The position numbers and the translations under genes were made by a program. A DNA stretch of 64,000 bases from Thermodesulfobacteriota bacterium (lineage in GTDB: Bacteria; Desulfobacterota; Desulfobacteria; Desulfobacterales; SURF-7): assembly GCA_049320885.1 (NCBI GenBank), contig JBMORA010000001.1, forward strand, positions 146,622-210,621, read 5' to 3'. The notes under the pieces are model-generated. The model did not search any database. It had not been told where the DNA came from and was given only the letters and a program-made list of their open reading frames with translations. Shown piece by piece: positions 16,501 to 24,439 of the stretch. Each line of letters opens with the position of its first letter. Positions within the stretch are counted from its first letter, which is position 1.

Positions 16501-17017
16501 TATTGACAATCTCGGTGAACTTCATTGCATCGGCGCAGGTGGTGTACGTGCTGTTGGCGCCGGTGATGGTGATTGTGTAGGTAATTCCGGCGACAAAGGA
16601 GAATGTCCCCAGGGAATTCCATTGGCCGCCGTTCAGGCGCTGGTTGACATAGACGGTTGTTGTTCCGCTGGCATGCTGGATGCGGATCGGGGCGCTGGAA
16701 ACCCGGTTCGAAAAGTAAGTCCACCAGGCAGACACCTCGTATTCCGAAGTTGTCGGCGCCGTGAAACTGTAAGTGTAGGTGGCATTGTTCTTGGCATAAA
16801 CGCTGTCAGCGCCGTAGGGATCCAGCGCGGTGGAAACCAGCCAGGTGCCGGTGGCGGAAGTCCCGCTGTCGCCGTTGTCGATGATGATGTCAGCCGCTTC
16901 ACCGGCCGTTCCAGCCGCCAATGTCAGGACCAGCATGATAACCACATGGAACAAAGAGGTCTGTAACCGCCAAAGCCACATGTTGTTCTTTTCCGCGTTG
17001 TTTCTGAATCTGTTCAT
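13502..17017 (-). CDS. secreted modular protein, paralog 3: 3x[CBM-like + PKD] plus the same core (1171 aa)
   Basis: Start ATG 17017; 42-aa signal ending AGEAA; three modules; exactly 666 bp longer than paralog 2. Confidence 0.85.
   Translation of the reverse strand: [1171 protein letters not shown]
14894..16891 (-). repeat. three tandem 666-bp CBM-like+PKD modules
   Basis: Matching landmarks at 15289, 15955 and 16621 (period 666). Confidence 0.9.
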
Positions 17018-17125
17018 TACGTCCGCCCCCGGGTTTGTTATCTGAATCACTAAATGGTTTTGCCTGTTACAGCGTCAATCCGCCAGCACCTATGGTATCT
17101 ATTATCAATAGCGCCCCATCGCAAA

Positions 17126-17141
17126 AGCAATAGACATGCCA
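17126..17141 (-). promoter_or_regulatory. sigma-54 -24/-12 promoter of paralog 3
   Basis: Minus strand TGGCATGTCTATTGCT. Confidence 0.8.
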
Positions 17142-17229
17142 GTGCCCCATGCGAGCCATAAAAAAACATTGTTCTATTTTACGGGGTTACAATGCGGGAA
17201 AAAAACGGCAGCTGTTTCAAGGGGAAACT

Positions 17230-17266
17230 ATGCACTATTGTTCCTATGCTATGTACTATTTTTCGT
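17230..17266 (-). promoter_or_regulatory. putative enhancer-binding-protein site
   Basis: ATGCACTATTGTTCCT-N5-ATGTACTATTTTTCGT direct repeat, similar to the motifs at 9999 and 13323. Confidence 0.5.
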
Positions 17267-17370
17267 ATTATTATATAAAATTTTAACCATATACAAACCT
17301 GCCCACCTGCCTTAGGCAGGACGCTATCCGTTGCCGGGCATCCTTCCCCCAGCCGTTTTTCCATCACGGA

Positions 17371-18513
17371 TCAGCGACTGGCAAAAAACCCCTTGATGGA
17401 ATCCACCACCAGATCCTGTTCCTCGGATGTCAACTCATAAAAGAACGGCAACCGGAGAAGCCGGCCGCTCATGGTTTCCGTGACCGGCAATTGCCCGTCC
17501 GTATATCCCATGGACCGGCCGATGGGCGAAAGATGCAGCGGAAGATAATGGAAAACCGCCATGATTCCCTTTGTTTTCAAATAGGCCATGAGGGCATCGC
17601 GGGTATTTTCATCGTTCAGGATGATATAAAACAGGTGGCTGTTGCCCTGGCATTCGCTGGAAAGATAGGGCAGCCGGAGCTTGCCGTCGTTCACGAGGGG
17701 AATCAATGCCTTGAAATAATAATTGTAGAGTTCCTCCCGCTGGCTGTTGATCTTGTCCATGTTTTCCAGCTGGGCGAACAAAAAAGCGGCCAGCAGGTCG
17801 GAAGGGAGATAGGATGACCCCACGTCCACCCAGTTGTATTTGTCCACCTGGCCCCGGAAGAACTTGCTGCGGTCGGTCCCCTTTTCGCGGATGATTTCGG
17901 CCCGTTCGATAAATTTTGGATTGTTGATCGCAATGGCCCCGCCTTCGCCGCTGATGAAATTTTTCGTCTCATGGAAGCTGTAGGCCCCGATGTCGCCGAT
18001 GGTTCCAAGGAATTTGTCCTTGTATTTGGCGTTGACGCCCTGGGCCGCGTCCTCGATGACATACAGGTTGTGCCGCCGGGCGATATCCATAATGACTCCC
18101 ATATGGCAGCCCTGGCCGGCATAATGTACCGGGACGATGGCTTTCGTTCTTTCCGTAATCGCCGCTTCGATTTTGGTCTCATCAATGTTCAAGGTGTCGG
18201 GGCGGATGTCCACGAACACCAGCTTGGCCCCCCGCAGATAAAAGGCGTTGGCCGTGGAGACGAAGGTGAAGGAGGGCAATATCACTTCATCGCCGGGTCC
18301 GACTTCGCACAGCAGGGCGGCCATCTCCAGGGCGGCGGTACAGGAATGGGTCAGCAGGACCTTGGGGATATTGAATTTTCTTTCCAGCAACTCATGACAT
18401 TTTTTAGTGAACAGACCGTCCCCGGCGATTTGTCCGCTTAACACCGACTGGGAGATGTAATACAATTCCTTGCCCACGATGAAAGGCTTGTTGAACGGTA
18501 TACTGTAATCCAT
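17371..18513 (-). CDS. wecE: dTDP-4-amino-4,6-dideoxygalactose transaminase (DegT/DnrJ/EryC1 family)
   Basis: Start ATG 18513 (MDYSIPFNKP); LTHSCTAALEMAA, EDAAQG, SFHETKN (PLP lysine), FFRGQVDKY.WVD.GSS. Confidence 0.93.
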   Translation of the reverse strand: MDYSIPFNKPFIVGKELYYISQSVLSGQIAGDGLFTKKCHELLERKFNIPKVLLTHSCTAALEMAALLCEVGPGDEVILPSFTFVSTANAFYLRGAKLVFVDIRPDTLNIDETKIEAAITERTKAIVPVHYAGQGCHMGVIMDIARRHNLYVIEDAAQGVNAKYKDKFLGTIGDIGAYSFHETKNFISGEGGAIAINNPKFIERAEIIREKGTDRSKFFRGQVDKYNWVDVGSSYLPSDLLAAFLFAQLENMDKINSQREELYNYYFKALIPLVNDGKLRLPYLSSECQGNSHLFYIILNDENTRDALMAYLKTKGIMAVFHYLPLHLSPIGRSMGYTDGQLPVTETMSGRLLRLPFFYELTSEEQDLVVDSIKGFFASR

Positions 18514-18577
18514 GGCCGCGGCCCCTGTCTTGAACGTCGTGCTGGTTTTTGTGGACAAGTCGCCCTCCTCAGATAAT

Positions 18578-19894
18578 TCAGATATATTCATGCCCGATTT
18601 TCGATACAATGAACGGCGTTTTCCCGCTGTTCCTTCTTTCCAACTGGGCAACGAGCTTATAATCGATTTTGATCTCATTCCCCAATCGTTTCCGCAAGCC
18701 GGCCTCCAGGGCTTTTTTAGAATCCTCGCTGTAGCTGCCGTCGACGATCAGGTTCAGATAGATATGATCCACGGCGTCCTGCACGCACTGGGACAGCATC
18801 ACCCCTTTTGCGCCGTCAACGGAGTGCTCCAGGACATTGCCCAGGTATCGGCCGTCGGGGGTGACGATATAATCGTTCTGCCTCCCGACGATGGCTTTTA
18901 TCTTGCGGAAATGCCGGCCGCATCGGCAGACGGCAGGGTCCTTATCCAATATAACCCGGTCGCCGGTTCGATAGCGGATCAAGGGCATGGCGTAGTTGAC
19001 AAACCCGGTACCGATGAGTTCTCCTTCTCCGAGCCGGGAAGAGTCGTTGCCGGTTTCATCCACAATCTCGTTGTAGGCGAAATCCTCGCAGATATGTTTG
19101 GTCTGGTGACCGCATTCCGAAATGATGGTCACATTCTCATGATGGGAATAAAAATCATATACCTTGCAGCGGTAGGCTTCCTCCAGCAGTTTCCGTCTTT
19201 GTTCGGACAGGGTTTCGCCGGCGGTGACGATGGATGTAAGGGGCCGGATCGGTTTTCCCTGCTCCCGGGCGAACCGGGCCAGCATATAAATGGAAAACGG
19301 ATACCCGATAAAAACAGACGGACCGATCCGCGCAATCATGTCCAGCAGCGTTGCCGCCGAGTCTTTTTTCAATTGCTTTGCATCAAATCTCCACAGCCGG
19401 GCCATGGGGTAGTGCTTGAAGAACGCCCCGGGATCATCAAATTTATAGCTCTGAAACGAAAACGTTTTTCTGCCGGGAAAGTGTCCGGCCCACTGATAGC
19501 TTCTCAGCACACAGGCCAGCTTTTGCGCTTTGGCCGCATGATCCACGATAAAATGAAGGGGCGTGCCGGTGGAGCCGCTGGTGGAATCCCAATTAATACC
19601 GTATTCGGCGGCATTTTCGGCAACAAACTCGTCTTGATGGGTCCGCAGGATCTCCTTGCTCAATAACGGGATTTTATGCATGTCCTGCCGGCCGCGGAAG
19701 GTGGAAGGGTCGAGTTGTATTTTGTTAAAAAGATTTCGATAATATGGAACGTTTGCAGCGGCATGGCGCACGATGTTGATGAGCCGCTCATCCTGGTAGG
19801 CATGGATTCTCGCCCGATCCCATTTCTGGCTCGTCAAAAAGAAAAAATATTGCTGCGCCACCCTTGCCGCGAAACCTAGTGTCGATGTGTTCAT
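18578..19894 (-). CDS. phenylacetate-CoA ligase family / CapK-like AMP-forming ligase
   Basis: Start ATG 19894; TSGSTGTP loop, AMPLIRYRTGD, C.CGR, GRQND. Confidence 0.85.
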   Translation of the reverse strand: MNTSTLGFAARVAQQYFFFLTSQKWDRARIHAYQDERLINIVRHAAANVPYYRNLFNKIQLDPSTFRGRQDMHKIPLLSKEILRTHQDEFVAENAAEYGINWDSTSGSTGTPLHFIVDHAAKAQKLACVLRSYQWAGHFPGRKTFSFQSYKFDDPGAFFKHYPMARLWRFDAKQLKKDSAATLLDMIARIGPSVFIGYPFSIYMLARFAREQGKPIRPLTSIVTAGETLSEQRRKLLEEAYRCKVYDFYSHHENVTIISECGHQTKHICEDFAYNEIVDETGNDSSRLGEGELIGTGFVNYAMPLIRYRTGDRVILDKDPAVCRCGRHFRKIKAIVGRQNDYIVTPDGRYLGNVLEHSVDGAKGVMLSQCVQDAVDHIYLNLIVDGSYSEDSKKALEAGLRKRLGNEIKIDYKLVAQLERRNSGKTPFIVSKIGHEYI

Positions 19895-19937
19895 CCCGGA
19901 TTCCTTTTTACTGCTCACGGTTGCGGACAGACACCCA

Positions 19938-21176
19938 CTACCATTCAATACCCCGAATACCACCGGGTGTTGCGACTTCAATCACCAGCGTTTCCTGAAC
20001 CTGCTTGATGGTTTCCTGCAAATCGTTCCGGTCCTTTCCGGCAACCAGAATCGGCCCGAGCCGCAGAGTCTTGTCTTTCAGTGGACTGATATGATTTCCC
20101 ACCCGGATGTCCTCCAGGCTGACTTTTTTCACCCCCGGCAGGGAGCTGAGTTCCTCGATGCCGCTTACTCGCCGGATTTCCCCTTCCGGCAGATAAAAAC
20201 AGAGATAACCCGAGGACCGGTGCTGGATATCGGCCTTGTCGATCCGGACCCTGCCGGAATCGGTGGCGCAGGTGATCAACAGTTCGTTGACATTGATGCC
20301 GGAAGCCAAGGGGACGAGATCCGAGGAAATGAAGACGCCGCCTCCCCGGATGGCGGTTTCCACCAGATGGACATCGCCGGTGTCCGGATCGATGAGGTAT
20401 TCGCTGTGGGTGTTGCCGAATTTCGGCGCGAAACTCTTGATCAGATGTTCGTTAATGTTCAATACTTTTTGCTGAATATCCCCCGGCAGCAGGGAGGGAT
20501 ACAGGGTTTGCTTGGGGATGAACATATCGGGAAGATGGAAATAATACCGGTCGCCGATGGTCAGGTTGGTAAACTGGAAATCAAAGGCGAATCCCTGGAC
20601 AACCACCTCTTTCCGGTTCGGCAGAAACTGCTCTACGATGGCGGTCTTGCAGGCGGAAAAGCCGATGGCACTGTTCAATTTGTCTTTCAGATCATGCCGG
20701 CCGTTGACCCTGCTGACGCCGCGGCTGCCCTGACTGTCCACCGGCTTCACAACCAGGGGAAAGCCCAGTTCTTCCGCCCGATCCCGGGCGTCTTCATAGG
20801 ATTTGGACAGGAAATGCTTTGGCACGGGGACCCCGATGCTGTCGCAATATTCCCTCATCTGGAATTTATTGGTGAACCGCAGGGCGCAATCGTACCCGAT
20901 CCCGGGGAGTCCCAGTTGCTCCGCAATATAGGCGGCCGTCAGAACCGGGATATCCGTCTGATCGGTCAAAATCCCGCAGATATTTTCGGCTTTCGCAACC
21001 CTCAGGATTTCATCCTGATCCCGCACGTCGATTTCACAGGCCTTGTCGGCGGTTTTGAATCCGGGATAATCCCCCTTCATGCTCACCGCGATGGTGAAGA
21101 AACCCATTTCCTGGGCCTGCCGGATGACCGGCACCTGACATTTTCCCGCACCTAAAATCATCAGTTTTTGTTTCAA
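19938..21176 (-). CDS. ATP-grasp domain ligase
   Basis: LGAGKCQ Rossmann start, NKFQMR, PLVVKPVDSQGSRGV, VEQFL, ETAIRGGG. Confidence 0.85.
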   Translation of the reverse strand: MKQKLMILGAGKCQVPVIRQAQEMGFFTIAVSMKGDYPGFKTADKACEIDVRDQDEILRVAKAENICGILTDQTDIPVLTAAYIAEQLGLPGIGYDCALRFTNKFQMREYCDSIGVPVPKHFLSKSYEDARDRAEELGFPLVVKPVDSQGSRGVSRVNGRHDLKDKLNSAIGFSACKTAIVEQFLPNRKEVVVQGFAFDFQFTNLTIGDRYYFHLPDMFIPKQTLYPSLLPGDIQQKVLNINEHLIKSFAPKFGNTHSEYLIDPDTGDVHLVETAIRGGGVFISSDLVPLASGINVNELLITCATDSGRVRIDKADIQHRSSGYLCFYLPEGEIRRVSGIEELSSLPGVKKVSLEDIRVGNHISPLKDKTLRLGPILVAGKDRNDLQETIKQVQETLVIEVATPGGIRGIEW

Positions 21177-22171
21177 TTATCGTTTCCCTCCGCTCCGGTT
21201 GCATCCGATATGGCCAGTTTCGGTGTTTGTTCACGAATCACATAGGGCGGTTTTCCCATGGTCCGAAAATGCATCCTGGCCAGATATTCTCCGATGATGC
21301 CGATGGCAAACAACTGGAGACCGGCGAAGAGCGCGATTTCCGCCGCCATGAAGGCGAAGCCGGGGACATAGCGGGTCTGTATAATGCGCCGCACAATCAC
21401 GTACACAAACATCAAAAAACCCATGAAAGAAGTAACCAGCCCCAGGGCGCTGGCGATCCGCAGGGGTAGCGTCGAATAGCCGGTCAACATATTGAAGGCC
21501 AGCAACATCAATTTGGTCAAGGAATAACTCGACCTGCCGACCTTGCGCGGCTGATGATCAACCGGAATATTGGTCACGCCGGCCACGCTCCACGACAACA
21601 ACACATCGATGGACAACTGGGGATCGTTGAAATTCTGAAAGCCTTTCATCAGAATGGAACGAAAGGCCCGGAATGCGCTGCTGTGCCCTCCCATCTCGGC
21701 GCCGAGCACCACTTTTAATATGCCTTTCAACATCCGGGACGAGAAATTGCGGGCCGCGCTGTGCTGCCGGACCCTCGGCTTGCCGTACACCACATCGTAT
21801 CCCTCGACAAGCTTCGCGAGCAGGTTGGGAATTTCTTCCGGCGGATTCTGCAAATCGTCATCGATGGTGACGATAAAATCGTATCTCGCGTTTTGAATGC
21901 CCGCCAGCAACGCATTATGCTGGCCATAGTTGTGCATCAAGGTCATGCCGCGGACCTGCTTATTCGAACGCGACAAATCGGTGATCACCTGCCAGCTTCT
22001 GTCACGACTCCCGTCGTTGACGAATATGATCTCAAATCGATCCACCAGCGGCGTCAGTGCCAGACCGATCCTCTCGGCAAGCTCGGCCAGGGTCGCCTCG
22101 CTGTTATAAACCGGAACAACCACGGAAACGGAACTGGACGATAGAAGCTCATGTTTTTCGTTACCGGTCAT
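21173..22171 (-). CDS. GT2 polyprenyl-phosphate glycosyltransferase (ArnC/GtrB-like)
   Basis: VVVPVYN, VNDGSRD, NYGQHNA, DDDLQNPP, two C-terminal TM helices, GIIGEY. Confidence 0.9.
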   Translation of the reverse strand: MTGNEKHELLSSSSVSVVVPVYNSEATLAELAERIGLALTPLVDRFEIIFVNDGSRDRSWQVITDLSRSNKQVRGMTLMHNYGQHNALLAGIQNARYDFIVTIDDDLQNPPEEIPNLLAKLVEGYDVVYGKPRVRQHSAARNFSSRMLKGILKVVLGAEMGGHSSAFRAFRSILMKGFQNFNDPQLSIDVLLSWSVAGVTNIPVDHQPRKVGRSSYSLTKLMLLAFNMLTGYSTLPLRIASALGLVTSFMGFLMFVYVIVRRIIQTRYVPGFAFMAAEIALFAGLQLFAIGIIGEYLARMHFRTMGKPPYVIREQTPKLAISDATGAEGNDN

Positions 22172-22216
22172 CCTTTACCTCGTATTTGTATCGGTTCTTC
22201 CCTTATGCCTGGTTGA

Positions 22217-24349
22217 CTACCAATACCAGCCGATCGTGCCGGTCACCCCCCGCACATTGTCATAGTCGACCTGGATGACAATCGGCCATTTCAGATACTC
22301 CGGGAAATAACTCAGCCCCCCGCCATAGAGGGCCTGAATTTTGCTGTCCGACGATTCCTCATAGATTCGCCCCGTGGCTTCCGAGCGGGAAAGCTCGCTT
22401 TCGGTGTATATGGTGCACCCGCCGATGGCCGACAGGTAGAGATCGGTGGAACCGATCTCCACCCCCAATTTGCCGAGCAGGCCGAATTCGGTTCCCTTTC
22501 TCTCACTCTCCAACCGGATGCAATCATCATTGGGACATGGCGAGGAAATCGTTGGCTCCGGGAGAGCCCTGTCGCTATGGGGAATAAACGGGATTCCGAC
22601 TCCGAACAACAGGTTCAGATTGCCGAGGCGGATTTCATTGGCACCGGTTTCCACCGTGACATTAAATTCATCCGCCTCGCCGCCGCCGCCGCCGCCCGCG
22701 GCAAAATATCCTGCCCGGGCGGGAGTGGTCATGGACAGAAGCCCCACCAGCAGGAACGACCAAATGATCAGCCGGGTTCTCCTTGCGGCCCGTGCGGCCG
22801 CGATCACCAGGAATAGGGCGGACGCGAGCAGAAAGAGGCCATGCCGCCCTTCATATGCACTGTCTGATATGCTGGACGGCGACAGGGCGCCGATAAAGCA
22901 ACCACCGATGTCCACAACGGGAAGCGCCTCGTCCGGCCGCACCGTAACGGTGGTCGTGTCCGTATGCGATATGCCGGATCCGGTTGAGACGGTTAACTGA
23001 AACTGGAGGACAACCCCACTGGCGCCTCCCAGGGGCGCCACAAAAGAGGCAACCCGGCCCTCCGGTTCTTTCAACCTGACTGTGGGTCCGGAGGTTTGCC
23101 GCCATTGATAGACCGCGGTCCCGTCCGGATCATAGGAGCTGCTTCCATCCAACGTCACCTCCTGATCGGCGAAGGCTTCCTGATCCGCGCCGGCGTCCGC
23201 CACCGGGGGGTAGGACAGGCTCGATCCGGCTCCAGCAAAGGCCTCACCGGCAATCGGCTGGTATTCGACAACGGGTAAGCGGTAGTCATTGTTGTGATCA
23301 TAAATCGAATTGTCGATGACTGTCGAATCGGCGGTCCCCCACCAGTTGCCGGTCATCGCCAGTGTGGACAGGCTTTCCGCCCAGTCGTAGGTATATACGA
23401 TGTATCCGGGATAGCCCTCCAGACTGAAATTGTTTCCCGTGATCCGCAATTCAAAAGCGGCCGCGTCCGCAACGCTGACGGCGATAAGACCGACGACGGA
23501 ATGTTCGGCCTGCAACTCATTGGCGGTGATGCCGATTTCGGCCGGAGTTACCGGACCATCGGAAACAGTGGCGTTGAAAACAAGCCGCATAGCGCTTCCG
23601 ATGGCATTCGAATCCGTGTCGACCACCGTATTGTTGACCACCTGAAGATCATGGGAACGGATGGAGAAATCCAAGGCCCGCTTGTTATTCAACAAATAAT
23701 TGTCGGCGACAAGCCCTCCCTCGGCTGAAAACAAAATGCCGGTTGCATTGCCGTAGATCTGGTTTGAAACGATCCGGATATCACCGCTGGGGGAAATGAG
23801 GTTGCTTGAATTGGCTGCGGCGGTGGATGAGATCCCCGCCGAGGAACTGAACCGAATCGCATTGCCGACAATATAGGGCATGGCGTTGGCGGTGACAATC
23901 ATCCCGGTGACATCGGGATCATTTCCGCCATACTCGACGATGCAATAGGCGATTACGCTTCCGGTTCCGGTGGATTCGTTATAATCCCGGCTGCTGTCAC
24001 TGAAGACAATCGCCCCCCAGGGAATCCGCCTGTCCAGACTGGTAAACACAATGGGGGTAGCGGGGGTTCCCCTGGCGACAAGGGTCCCCTCCACCCGGAT
24101 GGTGTGCCCCCGGCTGCCGTCCGGACGCGGCGTGAAAATCACCTCCACACCGGGTTCAATGGTCAGGACGGCGCTCTGTTCGATCAGAACATCGCCGGTT
24201 ATGACGATGGGGCTGTCCGATACATTCCAGCCGGTGTCCGAACTGATGACACCGTTGAAATTCATGGAGGCGAACACGGATAACGGTCCGCCCGACACCA
24301 GGATCAGCATCAAGAAAGACCCGACGACAAGGCCTTTTCGTATTCGCAT
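22217..24349 (-). CDS. secreted beta-helix + PKD/REJ-like protein with a GGCFI-TM tail, fused in frame to a C-terminal outer-membrane beta-barrel-like domain
   Basis: Sec signal; right-handed beta-helix repeats, GNWWG, PPVADAGADQ Ig domain, GGCFIGAL, two hydrophobic segments, amphipathic strands ending GTIGWYW. Confidence 0.7.
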   Translation of the reverse strand: MRIRKGLVVGSFLMLILVSGGPLSVFASMNFNGVISSDTGWNVSDSPIVITGDVLIEQSAVLTIEPGVEVIFTPRPDGSRGHTIRVEGTLVARGTPATPIVFTSLDRRIPWGAIVFSDSSRDYNESTGTGSVIAYCIVEYGGNDPDVTGMIVTANAMPYIVGNAIRFSSSAGISSTAAANSSNLISPSGDIRIVSNQIYGNATGILFSAEGGLVADNYLLNNKRALDFSIRSHDLQVVNNTVVDTDSNAIGSAMRLVFNATVSDGPVTPAEIGITANELQAEHSVVGLIAVSVADAAAFELRITGNNFSLEGYPGYIVYTYDWAESLSTLAMTGNWWGTADSTVIDNSIYDHNNDYRLPVVEYQPIAGEAFAGAGSSLSYPPVADAGADQEAFADQEVTLDGSSSYDPDGTAVYQWRQTSGPTVRLKEPEGRVASFVAPLGGASGVVLQFQLTVSTGSGISHTDTTTVTVRPDEALPVVDIGGCFIGALSPSSISDSAYEGRHGLFLLASALFLVIAAARAARRTRLIIWSFLLVGLLSMTTPARAGYFAAGGGGGGEADEFNVTVETGANEIRLGNLNLLFGVGIPFIPHSDRALPEPTISSPCPNDDCIRLESERKGTEFGLLGKLGVEIGSTDLYLSAIGGCTIYTESELSRSEATGRIYEESSDSKIQALYGGGLSYFPEYLKWPIVIQVDYDNVRGVTGTIGWYW

Positions 24350-24439
24350 GCAACCTCCAGATATAGTGGCTTCATTGTGTTAGCGGTCATCCAGCCCGAT
24401 CCCGCGGCCTGTTCATTTCCATCATATGCCGGTTTCCGT

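Noticed and set aside
7586..17017. Diversity-generating retroelement or invertase-driven shufflon explanation for the repeats
   Set aside because: No reverse transcriptase or recombinase in the window, all copies are in direct orientation and coding, and the differences are not restricted to adenines
7586..17017. Pure misassembly of one gene
   Set aside because: The copies have distinct signal peptides, distinct intergenic sequence and many synonymous differences; module counts still merit long-read confirmation
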